A DNA stretch of 64,000 nt, taken from the NCBI GenBank assembly GCA_965247095.1, contig OZ251997.1:3904001-3968000 (forward strand), read 5' to 3'. The notes below the pieces were generated by a model. The model did not search any database. It was not told where the DNA came from and saw nothing but the letters and a program-made list of their open reading frames with translations. Made by a program: the position numbers and the translations under genes. Positions 53,565-63,012 of this stretch are shown one piece after another; positions within the stretch are counted from its first letter, which is position 1; every line of letters starts with the position of its first letter. This stretch comes from Candidatus Multivorans sp. Lineage in GTDB: Bacteria > Acidobacteriota > Thermoanaerobaculia > Multivoradales > Multivoraceae.

Positions 53565-53903
53565 CTAGCTGCAGGAACCGGCAGTGCCGGGAACGATCGT
53601 CGATGGATCGAAGGGGTTGCCGTTGGTGTCCAGGCAACGCAGTGTGTTGCCTTGGGGTGTCACCCCCCTTGTACCGATGCACTCAAAGTCGGGGCTCTCA
53701 CCCCCGGTTGGTGCTCCCCCGCACCACAAGCTTCCATAGAAATTGCCTGAAAGCGGGTCGTAGTCGACCCGATAGTACGCGCCGTCCTCCATGCTGCCTC
53801 CGCACTCCACTTTGTTGCCGATGTGGCTACTGCACCGGTCGGTGCCGCATCCAGCAAGGGAGACGAGTATGGACAGGATCAGGACTGTTTTAACAACTCT
53901 CAC
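53565..53903 (-). CDS. Small Cys-rich lipoprotein, unknown function
   Basis: AGGAGGT RBS, GTG start, lipobox LAG-C, six further Cys. Confidence 0.75.
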   Translation of the reverse strand: MRVVKTVLILSILVSLAGCGTDRCSSHIGNKVECGGSMEDGAYYRVDYDPLSGNFYGSLWCGGAPTGGESPDFECIGTRGVTPQGNTLRCLDTNGNPFDPSTIVPGTAGSCS

Positions 53904-53918
53904 GACGAGCACCTCCTG

Positions 53919-53980
53919 TGTCAGAGGCGCCCGTGTCTGAGGTACGTCCTGTCTGACGTACGTCCTGTCTGAGGCACCTC
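53919..53980. repeat. Four imperfect 15-16 bp tandem repeats
   Basis: TGTCAGAGGCGCCCG, TGTCTGAGGTACGTCC, TGTCTGACGTACGTCC, TGTCTGAGGCACCTC. Confidence 0.8.
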
Positions 53981-54104
53981 GGGTGTTGAGCCTAGGATTG
54001 TAGCGCACTTGCTTCCCTTTGCGACACCCGGACGGCGAGCTGTCCGCGAGTACCTTCACGGGACCGCTGACCACTCTGTTCGGGAGCCGCGAATGGCCCT
54101 GCCA

Positions 54105-54231
54105 AGCGAGGCCCATCGGCAGCGCCGACGTGGACGGCTTGTGCCGACCGCCAGGGCAAGGCTTGGATCGGCTGTGACGGCGAGATGACGATCCACCCGA
54201 ACCAGATCCCGATCGTCAAGGAGGTGTTCAC
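54105..54231 (+). pseudogene. Degenerate fragment of the citE-like gene
   Basis: AWIGCDGEMTIHPNQIPIVKEVFT versus AWMGFEGKMTIHPNQIPIVNEVFT; 44/48 nt identity of 54184-54231 to 49622-49669. Confidence 0.85.
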
Positions 54232-56568
54232 ATGACAAGGCACCTTCCGCGGAAACTCGAGGGTCTGTTGTTGGTCACCTGTGTGTGGCTGGGTGCCTGC
54301 GCTCCGCGCCCGGACCTGGTCGAAATCCTGGACCTCGTCCGGGAGTTCCACTACGCGGAGTCCGCCCAGGAACGTCCCCTGATCGATCTCGGGACGGCGT
54401 CGGCGTCCGCTTCGCTCGTGGACGGTTGGTCCTGGAACGAGGTGGCTCCCGGGGGCGACACCTTCGTATGGGCCGTTGGGCCGCGTTCCGAGGTTGGGGT
54501 GTTTCTGGCGTGGGCGCGGGATCTGGAGGTCCGCATGCGGTGCCGCACGTACCGTTATCCGGGAGCACCGCGGCAGCGGGTGGCGGTTCTGTGGGACGGC
54601 ATGAAGGCGGCCGAGATCGGGCCGGGCCCGGGTTTCGGGGAGCAGGGCTTCACCGTACCGGCCGAACTGGCGACCGCCGGCAACCACCGGCTGAGCTTCG
54701 AGCCGGCGTACTTCGGCCGGCCGGCCGGGTCTCTGGACCGCAACGGTTCGCCGGCGCCCCGGCATCCGAGGAAGCTCTCCTTCGGGTGCGACTGGATCGA
54801 GATCGGCAGGGGGCCGGAACCCGGCGTGGCCCGAGGAGAAGGGGGCACGCTGTGGATCCCGGCGGCGACGGAGGTCTCCTTCTTCCTGGAGCCGGAGCGG
54901 GACCTGGAACTCCGGTGGGAGAGCCTCTCCGCTCGCGGCGGCAGCCGGCTCGAAGTGGTGTGGGAGGTCGAGGGTGCGGAGCCCGTCGCCGCGGCGGTGA
55001 CGCGGGACTCCGAGCCGGTGCTCGACCTGCCGCTGCCGGCCGGGACGGAGATCGGGAGCGAGATTGGAACGTCACGAACGCAAGGCGACCCTGGGGCCGG
55101 GGAACACGACGTTCCGGGCATCCTCCCGGCCCGGTTGACCCTGCGGGCAGCGGCGGGCGAACCGGGAGCGGCCGAAGAACCGGGCGTGGCCGTTCGTTCG
55201 GCCCGGCTGATGGGGAAGGCGCCGGCGCTCGCCGGGAGGGAGGCGGCGTCCGGCGGTTCGCGGCCGCCGGAACCGGAGCAGAACCGACCCGAATCCATGC
55301 TGCTCTGGATCGTCGACACATTGCGGGTCGACCGGCTCGGCTTCTACGGCCACGGCCGGCCGGTGTCGCCGAACTTTGACGCCTTGGCGGGGCGGTCCAC
55401 GGTGTTCGAGCGGGCGATCGCCCAGTCGTCGTGGACCCGGCCCACCGTCGCCACCCTGCTCACCGGCGTCGGGCCCGAGCGGCATGGCATCCGGGAGCTG
55501 AGCCACGGCCTGGAGGAGTCCTTCGCCACCCTGCCGGAGCGGTTGAGGGAACTCGGCTACGCGACCTCGGGTTTCTCGGCGAACGCGAACGTGACCGGCG
55601 ATACCGGGTTCGAACAGGGGTTCGACCGCTTCGAGTACGCGGCGGTCGATGCCGACGAACTGGTCGAGCGGGCGCTCACGTGGCTGGACGAACTGACCGC
55701 CCGGTCGCCGGAACAGCCGTTCTTTCTGATGATCCTGAGCGTGGAGCCGCACGCCTCCTTCGCGCCGGCGGAGCCTTTCCGCAGTCGATTCGCGGCTGGA
55801 GTCGACGATCCCGAACTGGGCTCGGTGGCCCACATGAGGGCGCTGAGCAGCAAGAAGGCCCCTTCGACACCGGACGTGGTGGAGAAGCTGTTCCTGCTCT
55901 ACGACGCGGAGATCGCCTGGAACGATCACGTCTTCGGGGAGCTGCAGGACGCGTTGGACCGGCGGGGCCGGGACCCTCTCATCGTCGTCGTTGCGGATCA
56001 CGGTGAGGCGTTCGAGGAGCGCGGCGTCTTCGGTCACGCGTGGGACCTTCACCGCGAGGTGCTGGACATCCCCTTCCTGATCCACCGGCCGGGGCAGACC
56101 GAGGCCCGTCGCGTGCCGCTGCCCGTTCAGCAGGCGGACCTCCTGCCGACGCTGATCGACGTCGCCGGCGGCGAGCCTGGGCCAGACATCGAGGGCGACA
56201 GTTTGGCGCCGCTGCTCCAGGGCGGCGCCGCGGACGCCGGCTTGCACGGGCACGACCTTGCCGATCGTCGGCTGCTCTCGACGATGGACACCTTCCGCCG
56301 GCCCGCCGCGTCCCTGGTCCGCGGCCGCTACAAGCTGATCGAACTGCGCCGCCCCGGGCGCGCGCCGAGTCGGCAACTGTTCGACTGGGTGGAAGACCCG
56401 GAGGAGCGGCGCGATCTGGCCGCCGAACGGCCGATCCTGGCTGGTCGCCTGGCCCGGCTGCTGCGTGAGCAGTTGGAACACTCCGGGCGCGACGGCGTGC
56501 CGGCGCCGGAAGTCGAAGTGGACGAGGACACACGCCGCCGGCTCCAGGCCCTCGGCTACATCGAGTAG
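54232..56568 (+). CDS. Sulfatase-like (alkaline phosphatase superfamily) lipoprotein
   Basis: Lipobox LGAC; VDTLR.D, WTRPTVATLLTG, ADHGE, LQALGYIE. Confidence 0.85.
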   Translation: MTRHLPRKLEGLLLVTCVWLGACAPRPDLVEILDLVREFHYAESAQERPLIDLGTASASASLVDGWSWNEVAPGGDTFVWAVGPRSEVGVFLAWARDLEVRMRCRTYRYPGAPRQRVAVLWDGMKAAEIGPGPGFGEQGFTVPAELATAGNHRLSFEPAYFGRPAGSLDRNGSPAPRHPRKLSFGCDWIEIGRGPEPGVARGEGGTLWIPAATEVSFFLEPERDLELRWESLSARGGSRLEVVWEVEGAEPVAAAVTRDSEPVLDLPLPAGTEIGSEIGTSRTQGDPGAGEHDVPGILPARLTLRAAAGEPGAAEEPGVAVRSARLMGKAPALAGREAASGGSRPPEPEQNRPESMLLWIVDTLRVDRLGFYGHGRPVSPNFDALAGRSTVFERAIAQSSWTRPTVATLLTGVGPERHGIRELSHGLEESFATLPERLRELGYATSGFSANANVTGDTGFEQGFDRFEYAAVDADELVERALTWLDELTARSPEQPFFLMILSVEPHASFAPAEPFRSRFAAGVDDPELGSVAHMRALSSKKAPSTPDVVEKLFLLYDAEIAWNDHVFGELQDALDRRGRDPLIVVVADHGEAFEERGVFGHAWDLHREVLDIPFLIHRPGQTEARRVPLPVQQADLLPTLIDVAGGEPGPDIEGDSLAPLLQGGAADAGLHGHDLADRRLLSTMDTFRRPAASLVRGRYKLIELRRPGRAPSRQLFDWVEDPEERRDLAAERPILAGRLARLLREQLEHSGRDGVPAPEVEVDEDTRRRLQALGYIE

Positions 56569-56631
56569 CCGTGCGGGGAGCCGCCTCCGCCCCGTGGTCG
56601 AGTGCCGTCGGCTGCTAGGCTGCCGCCTCGC

Positions 56632-57390
56632 GTGAACAAGCACTTCCCCGGCATCGGCGCCCTGCTGGCGATTGCCCTGCTGCTGCCCTCGGGCGGGTCG
56701 GCGGCGGCGGACCCCTCGATCGAGGAACTGATGCTCGCCGCCGACGACATGCTCCGCGGCGAGTCCAGCGAGAGCCGGATCACGATGCGGATCAAGACGG
56801 AACGCTGGCAGCGGGAGTTGCGGCTCCACATCCTGTCCGAGGGCAGCGAGAAGTTCCTGGCGCGGATCGAGGCGCCGGCGAAGGAGCGGGGTACGACGAC
56901 GCTCAAGGTCGAGCAGAACATCTGGAACTACCTGCCCAAGGTCGACCGCACGATCAAGGTGCCGGGCTCCATGCTCTCGGCGGGCTGGATGGGCAGCCAC
57001 TTCACGAACGACGATCTGGTCCGCGAATCCCGCTACAGCGAGGACTTCGAGTGCGACTTCCGGCAACGCCCGGAAGGTTCCTCCGGGCACTGGCTGGTGC
57101 GCTGTGTACCGCGGCCCGACGCGCCGGTCGTGTGGGGTGCGGTCGACATCCGCTTCCGGGCGGAGGATCTACTTCCGGATCGGGTCGAGTTCCTGGACGA
57201 GCGGACCGAGTTGGTGCGGACGATCAGCTATGAGGACATTGGCCGGCTGGGCGGCAAGACGCTGCCGCGGCGCATTCGCGTCTATCCGGCCGACGACTCC
57301 GGGGAGTTCACCGAGATCGTCTACGAGGAGTTGGCGTTCGACATCGAGCTGCCGCCGGGGACCTTCTCCCTGCAGTCGCTTCGCCAGTAG
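56632..57390 (+). CDS. LolA-like outer-membrane lipoprotein-sorting protein
   Basis: Signal peptide; P.KERG...LK, WNYLPKVDRTIK, WMGSHFTNDDL. Confidence 0.8.
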   Translation: MNKHFPGIGALLAIALLLPSGGSAAADPSIEELMLAADDMLRGESSESRITMRIKTERWQRELRLHILSEGSEKFLARIEAPAKERGTTTLKVEQNIWNYLPKVDRTIKVPGSMLSAGWMGSHFTNDDLVRESRYSEDFECDFRQRPEGSSGHWLVRCVPRPDAPVVWGAVDIRFRAEDLLPDRVEFLDERTELVRTISYEDIGRLGGKTLPRRIRVYPADDSGEFTEIVYEELAFDIELPPGTFSLQSLRQ

Positions 57391-57402
57391 CGGGACGCGG
57401 GC

Positions 57403-58629
57403 ATGAAGCTCCTCCGCATGGCGTGGCGCAACCTGTGGCGCAACAGCCGTCGCACCCTGGTCACCGTCGGCGCGATGACGCTGGCGCTGTGGACGATGGT
57501 GATCTACACGTCGCTCATGGAGGGAATGCTTGGCAGCATGGAGAGCACCCTGCTCGACGTGGAGCTGGGTGAGATCCAGGTCCACGCGGAGGGCTACCGG
57601 GAACGGCCGTCGATCTGGGAGCGGATCGAGGATCCCGATGCGCTGCTCGAGGCCCTGGACGAGACGGGGCTCCGCTCCAGTGCGCGTCTGCTCGGCGGCG
57701 GCCTGGTCGCTTCAGGCGACGCGTCGACCGGGGCGCTGCTCAAGGGTCTGCAGCCGGAGCGCGACGCCCTGGTCAGCGACGTCTACCAGCGGCTCGATCG
57801 GGGCGAGTGGCTTGACGCGTCCGATCCCTCCGGCGTCGTGCTCGGCTACCGGTTGGCGCGCACGCTGGCGGTGGAGCCCGGCGACGAACTGGTCGCGCTC
57901 AGCCAGGCCACGGACGGCAGCATGGCGAACGACCTGTTTCGGGTGCGCGGCGTGCTCCAGAGCCTGAGTGAGGAGACGGACCGTGCGACGGTGTTCCTGC
58001 TCGAGGACCAGTTCCGGAGCTTCTTCGCCCTGGAGGACGGGGCGCACCAGGTCATCGTCCGCAGCGGGGAGGGTCAGGATCTGACCGCGACGGCAGGTGT
58101 CGTCGCCGATGCCGCGGCCATAAGCTCCCCCGAGGCCGAGGTGCGGAGTTGGCGCGAACTCCTGCCGGGTCTGGCCAACATCTTCGATTCGGCTCAAGCC
58201 GCCGTCCAGGTGGTGGCGTTCATCGTGTACGTGGTGATCGCGATCCTGATCCTGAACGCGATGCTGATGGCGGTCTTCGAACGGATCCGGGAGTTCGGTG
58301 TGCTCAAGGCGATCGGGGTGTCGCCGGGGAGGGTTCTTGCGCTCATTCTGGTGGAGGGGGCATTGCAGACCGCCCTGGCGATTGGGCTGGGCCTGATCGC
58401 GAGCCTGCCGGCCCTGTGGTTCGTCGTCGAGCGGGGGATCGATGTCGGGACCTTGGGCGGGACGGCGCTGATGGGTGTCTCGATGGATCAGGTCTGGACC
58501 GGCGCGATCAGTCCGGCCACGATCGCGGGTCCGGTCGCGATCCTGGGGTTTATCGTCGCGCTGGCGGTGCTGTTCCCGGCGATCAAGGCGGCGCGGATCA
58601 GCCCGATCGAGGCGATCCACCACCAGTAG
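57403..58629 (+). CDS. ABC transporter permease (LolE/MacB/FtsX-like)
   Basis: AWRNLWRN.RRT, ERIREFGVLKAIG, PIEAI. Confidence 0.9.
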   Translation: MKLLRMAWRNLWRNSRRTLVTVGAMTLALWTMVIYTSLMEGMLGSMESTLLDVELGEIQVHAEGYRERPSIWERIEDPDALLEALDETGLRSSARLLGGGLVASGDASTGALLKGLQPERDALVSDVYQRLDRGEWLDASDPSGVVLGYRLARTLAVEPGDELVALSQATDGSMANDLFRVRGVLQSLSEETDRATVFLLEDQFRSFFALEDGAHQVIVRSGEGQDLTATAGVVADAAAISSPEAEVRSWRELLPGLANIFDSAQAAVQVVAFIVYVVIAILILNAMLMAVFERIREFGVLKAIGVSPGRVLALILVEGALQTALAIGLGLIASLPALWFVVERGIDVGTLGGTALMGVSMDQVWTGAISPATIAGPVAILGFIVALAVLFPAIKAARISPIEAIHHQ

Positions 58630-58660
58630 CTACGGTGAACGCGGGAAGAGGAGGTCGAAA

Positions 58661-59908
58661 ATGAGCGGACCCAACCTGCCGGCGCTGGCCTGGCGCAACC
58701 TGTGGCGCAACCGCCGGCGTACCCTGCTGACGATGGGCTCGATCGTCTTCGGCGTCTTCCTGGCGGTCGTCTTCACCGCCATGCAGGACCGCAACTGGAA
58801 GGACATGATCGACCTCGCCGCCAGGCTCGGAGGCGGTCACGTCAGCCTGCAGCATACGGAGTACCTCGACAAGCCGACGCTGACCCGCACCGTCGTCCGC
58901 GGCGAAGGGATCCAGGCGGCGCTCGAGAGCCAGAACCGCCGGGTCGCACACGCCGTCGACCGGGTGATCGGACCGACGTTGCTGGCGACGGCGGGCGAGA
59001 ACTTCAGCGCCGCCTTCATCGCCTTCGATCCGGAGGCCGAGGATCTGACGACGCTGTCGATCCTGGAGGCCATGGATGAGGGCTCGGTGTTCGAGTCGGC
59101 CGGCAGCGACGGCGTGGTTCTGGGGCATCGGTTGGCCAGCAACCTGGGGATGGAGCTGGGCGACAAGGTGGTCTTCACCCTGACCGACAAGAACGGCGAG
59201 ATCGTGAGCGGCCTGGCGCGGTTGCGGGGGACCCTCCGGACCAACGCCCCCACCGTCGACGGCGGGTTCTGCCTGCTGCCGCTCGACACCGTACGGGACT
59301 TGCTTGGCTACGGCGACAACGAGGCCACCATGGTCGCCGTGTTTCTTCACGATCAGCGGCAGAGCGGTCGGGTCGCCGGCCGGTTGGACCGGGAACTCGG
59401 CGCCGCCGTGGCGGCCGTGCCCTGGAACACGAGCCAGCCGCAACTGGCGGCGTTCATCGCGCTCAAGGTCGGCGGCGCGGTGGTGATGGAGATCCTGATC
59501 GCCTTCCTGGTCGCGGCCGGGATCTTCAACACCCTCTTCGTCAGCGTGATGGAGCGGCTGCGGGAGTTCGGGATCATGCTGGCCATCGGCTGGAGCCCGG
59601 GCCGGCTGTTCCGGCTGGTCATGATGGAGAGCGTGTGGCTGGCGGCGCTCGGTCTCGCCGGCGCCTTCCTGGTCACGGCCGGGCCCTACGTCTACCTGTC
59701 CTCGACCGGTCTCGACATGACCGCGATCTACGGCGGTACGGTGGAGGTCGCCGGCGTCGGCCTCGATCCGGTGCTCAAGATCGGCATCTTCCCGCGCAAC
59801 GCGGTGATGATCGGTCTGTTCGCGGTCGCGGCCACCCTGGCTTCAGGCATCTATCCAGCCTGGCGCGCGGGCAGGGTGGCGCCCGCCTTGACGATCAAGG
59901 TGATGTGA
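58661..59908 (+). CDS. ABC transporter permease (LolE/MacB/FtsX-like)
   Basis: AWRNLWRNRRRT, ERLREFGIMLAIG, YPAWRA. Confidence 0.9.
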   Translation: MSGPNLPALAWRNLWRNRRRTLLTMGSIVFGVFLAVVFTAMQDRNWKDMIDLAARLGGGHVSLQHTEYLDKPTLTRTVVRGEGIQAALESQNRRVAHAVDRVIGPTLLATAGENFSAAFIAFDPEAEDLTTLSILEAMDEGSVFESAGSDGVVLGHRLASNLGMELGDKVVFTLTDKNGEIVSGLARLRGTLRTNAPTVDGGFCLLPLDTVRDLLGYGDNEATMVAVFLHDQRQSGRVAGRLDRELGAAVAAVPWNTSQPQLAAFIALKVGGAVVMEILIAFLVAAGIFNTLFVSVMERLREFGIMLAIGWSPGRLFRLVMMESVWLAALGLAGAFLVTAGPYVYLSSTGLDMTAIYGGTVEVAGVGLDPVLKIGIFPRNAVMIGLFAVAATLASGIYPAWRAGRVAPALTIKVM

Positions 59909-59909
59909 A

Positions 59910-60602
59910 GTGGGCGGCGATCCGATCATCTCGCTTAGTTCTGTGACCAAGGTCTACCGGCAGGGCAGCGTGGACATCCACGCCCTTCGGGGTCTCTCTC
60001 TGGACATCGAACCCGGCGAGTTCACCGCCATCTGCGGCCCCTCCGGGTCCGGCAAGACGACCACGCTGAACCTGGTCGGGGCGCTTGACTCCATGACCTC
60101 GGGTTCGATCGTGCTCGACGGGCAGGAGTTGGGCAGCCTGAACAAGAAGCAGTTGAGCGCGCTGCGCCGCGACCGGATCGGCTTCGTGTTCCAGGCCTAC
60201 AACCTGATGCCGGTGCTCACGGCGTATGAGAACGCGGAGATGGTGCTCTGGGTGCAGGGCGTCGACGCGGCGACCCGTCGCGAACGGGTGATGGGACTGC
60301 TCGAACATGTGGGGCTCAAGGGCATGGAGGATCGCCGGCCGTCCGAACTGTCGGGGGGACAGCAGCAGCGGGTCGCGATCGCCCGCGCCATCGCCAGCAA
60401 TCCAGCGGTGGTGCTTGCCGACGAGCCGACGGCGAACGTCGACTCCGAGACCGCGGAGACCCTGCTGGGCTTGATGGAGACGCTCAACCGGGAGCAGGGC
60501 GTGACCTTCCTGTTCTCGACCCACGATCCGCAAGTGATGGAACGGGCGCGCCGCGTGGTGCGCCTGGTCGATGGCAGCGTCGCGAGCGACGAACGCCGCT
60601 GA
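59910..60602 (+). CDS. ABC transporter ATP-binding protein (LolD-like)
   Basis: GPSGSGKT, LSGGQQQR, ADEPT, STHD. Confidence 0.93.
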   Translation: MGGDPIISLSSVTKVYRQGSVDIHALRGLSLDIEPGEFTAICGPSGSGKTTTLNLVGALDSMTSGSIVLDGQELGSLNKKQLSALRRDRIGFVFQAYNLMPVLTAYENAEMVLWVQGVDAATRRERVMGLLEHVGLKGMEDRRPSELSGGQQQRVAIARAIASNPAVVLADEPTANVDSETAETLLGLMETLNREQGVTFLFSTHDPQVMERARRVVRLVDGSVASDERR

Positions 60603-61884
60603 CTGGCTGCCTTGGCCGGCCGGCGCGGTGGCCGTGGCGATGCTGCTGGCCGCGGCAACGCCGTCGGCGGGGCAGACCGTGGTGGGCGGCGACGTGCGGA
60701 TGTTCGCCTTCCAGGTCCTGGAAGAGATCGATGTCGACGGCGATGAGGACACCTCCGCCGGGGACGCTTCGGCCGACGACGCTGCGATCGGCGGCGCCGG
60801 CGGCGCAGGGCTCGGGATCCTGCGACTCAAGCTCGACTCCCGGTGGCGGGCGGGATCCCGCGACAGCTTCCGCCTCGAGGCGCACGGTGTGGCGCAGGCG
60901 GTGTCGCCACCTGGCAGCGGCGCCGTCACGTCGGTGGCGACCGGCGCCACGCGGCGCTTCTTCGACCTGGAGTCCGACTCGTTCGGCGGCGGCGATGTGG
61001 CGGGCGCCACCGAGATCGACCGCTTCAACCTGCGCTGGGACCGGCCCGGCTTCCGGATGGTGTTCGGGCGTCAAGCGATCACCTGGGGAGTGAACTACTT
61101 CTGGCCCGTGCTCGACCTGTTCGCTCCGTTCGCGCCGCAGCGCATCGATCGCGACTACAAGCCCGGAGTCGACGCGCTGCGGTTCACGGTGCCGGTGGGC
61201 GACTTCTCCGAGGTCGAGGTCATCGCGGCCAGCCAGGGCGCGCGGACCCCCGACGACCTGAGCTTCGCCTCCCTGGGCCGCTTCCACAGCGACCTCGGCG
61301 AGGGCGACTCGAGCGTCGACTTCGGCTACATGGTCGGCGGCTTCCACCGCGACCTGGTCCTCGGCGGCTTCTTCTCGGCCGACGTCTGCGGCACCGGCCT
61401 GCGCGGCGAAGTCTCCTGGACCAGTCCGGGCTGCGATCCGCGGAGTGGTCACCCGGTGTTCGGCTGCGGCGACTTCTGGCGCTTCACGGTGGGCGTCGAC
61501 CGGCTGCTGACGCCGACCCTGACCCTGATCGCCGAGGCGAGCTGGAACGGCTTCGGCGCCGGCGACCCCGGGGACTACGCGCGGCTTGCCAAGGCCGACC
61601 GCGCAAGCCGCGGCGAAGTCGCGTCGCTTGGGCGCCGCTACGCCGGTCTCTCCCTGGGGTGGCAGGCCCACCCGCTGCTGACCATAAGCGGCGCTCTTCT
61701 TTTCAACCGTGACGATTCCTCGGCGCTGTTTCAACCAGGCATCGCCTGGTCCGTGTCCGACCAGGTGTCCGTCAACGCGGGCCTGATCGTGTCGACCGGC
61801 CGGGGCATCCGGGACGGGGTTCTGGGCAGTGAGTACGGGGCGGTGCCGGTGGTGGCCTGGTCGTCCCTGACGGCCTACTTCTAG
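60571..61884 (+). CDS. Probable outer-membrane beta-barrel protein
   Basis: Signal peptide; GRQAITWG; alternating beta strands; C-terminal YF. Confidence 0.7.
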   Translation: MAASRATNAADWLPWPAGAVAVAMLLAAATPSAGQTVVGGDVRMFAFQVLEEIDVDGDEDTSAGDASADDAAIGGAGGAGLGILRLKLDSRWRAGSRDSFRLEAHGVAQAVSPPGSGAVTSVATGATRRFFDLESDSFGGGDVAGATEIDRFNLRWDRPGFRMVFGRQAITWGVNYFWPVLDLFAPFAPQRIDRDYKPGVDALRFTVPVGDFSEVEVIAASQGARTPDDLSFASLGRFHSDLGEGDSSVDFGYMVGGFHRDLVLGGFFSADVCGTGLRGEVSWTSPGCDPRSGHPVFGCGDFWRFTVGVDRLLTPTLTLIAEASWNGFGAGDPGDYARLAKADRASRGEVASLGRRYAGLSLGWQAHPLLTISGALLFNRDDSSALFQPGIAWSVSDQVSVNAGLIVSTGRGIRDGVLGSEYGAVPVVAWSSLTAYF

Positions 61885-61940
61885 GAGTCGAGTCGCGGCG
61901 TCCGCGCCGCGCTGACGCACAGGAAACATGGCTTGTTCCA
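61881..61940 (+). repeat. 60-bp dispersed structured repeat, copy 2
   Basis: Identical to 2592-2651; starts at the CTAG containing the barrel gene stop. Confidence 0.9.
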
Positions 61941-62032
61941 TGCGAGCTACTCGCATGGAACTGGCCGCGGACTGGGTGCGCCGGCGTCCGCTTCGAAAGG
62001 CGGTTCCATGCGAGCTTTGCGGCTCGGCGATC

Positions 62033-62065
62033 TTTACCGGTTGTTCACCTGCCGTGGGGTACGCT
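62033..62065 (+). promoter_or_regulatory. Possible PHO-box-like repeat and -10 element for pstS
   Basis: TTTACC and TTCACC at 11-bp period; TACGCT 10 nt downstream. Confidence 0.35.
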
Positions 62066-62108
62066 CCGCCGGCGCACCCACTGTTCGATTGCACGAGATT
62101 TGGCATTT

Positions 62109-62990
62109 ATGAAGACCGCGAAAGTCACCTCCAACGCATGCGGTCTGGTCCTTGCCGCCCTGGTTGTCGCCTGCGGCGGCAGTTCCCGCAATGTGATCCA
62201 GAACAAGGGTTCCGACACCCTGGTCAACGTGGCCCAGGCGTGGGCTGAGAACTACGCTGCCGTGGTTCCGGGCACTGCCGTTGCGGTGACCGGCGGCGGC
62301 TCGGGCACCGGCATTTCGGCGATGATCAACGGCACCGTCGATATCGCGAACGCCAGCCGGCGCATGAAGGACTCCGAGCTCGAGCTGGCGCGCGGAAACG
62401 GCAACGAACCGATCGAGTTCGTCGTCGGCTACGACGCGCTGGCGGTGTTCGTCCATCCCGACAACCCGCTTGACGAGGTCTCGCTGGAGCAGTTGGCCGA
62501 GCTCTACGGTGAGGGCGGCGGTGTCGAGACGTGGCGCCAGCTCGGCATCGAGGTGCCGGGCTGCAGCAGCGACGAGGTCGTCCGCGTCAGCCGCCAGAAC
62601 AACTCGGGCACCTACGTGTACTTCCGTGATGCGGTGCTCGGCGACCGGCGCGACTTCAAGCTCGGTTCGCGCGACATGCACGGCTCCAAGGACGTGGTCG
62701 ACCTGGTCGAGAACACGCCCTGCGCGATCGGCTACAGCGGTCTCGCCTACGCGACGGACCATGTGAAGATGCCCTGCGTGAAGGAGGGCGAGGACGGCGA
62801 GTGCGTGTCTCCTTCGGTCGAGACCGCGATCGACGGGTCCTACCCGATCGCCCGTCCCCTGTTCATGTACACCGTCGGCGAGCCCGAGGGCGTCGTCCGC
62901 GAGTACCTCGACTGGGTGCTGGGCGACGAGGGCCAGTGCATCATCTACGAGAAGGGCTACGCGCCGCGCGGCGACGTGAACTGTCCCTGA
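62109..62990 (+). CDS. pstS: Phosphate ABC transporter substrate-binding protein
   Basis: KGSDT, GGGSGTG, NASR, RQNNSGT, YPIARPLF. Confidence 0.93.
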   Translation: MKTAKVTSNACGLVLAALVVACGGSSRNVIQNKGSDTLVNVAQAWAENYAAVVPGTAVAVTGGGSGTGISAMINGTVDIANASRRMKDSELELARGNGNEPIEFVVGYDALAVFVHPDNPLDEVSLEQLAELYGEGGGVETWRQLGIEVPGCSSDEVVRVSRQNNSGTYVYFRDAVLGDRRDFKLGSRDMHGSKDVVDLVENTPCAIGYSGLAYATDHVKMPCVKEGEDGECVSPSVETAIDGSYPIARPLFMYTVGEPEGVVREYLDWVLGDEGQCIIYEKGYAPRGDVNCP

Positions 62991-63012
62991 ACCAGAGCCT
63001 CCAAGCAGCAAC

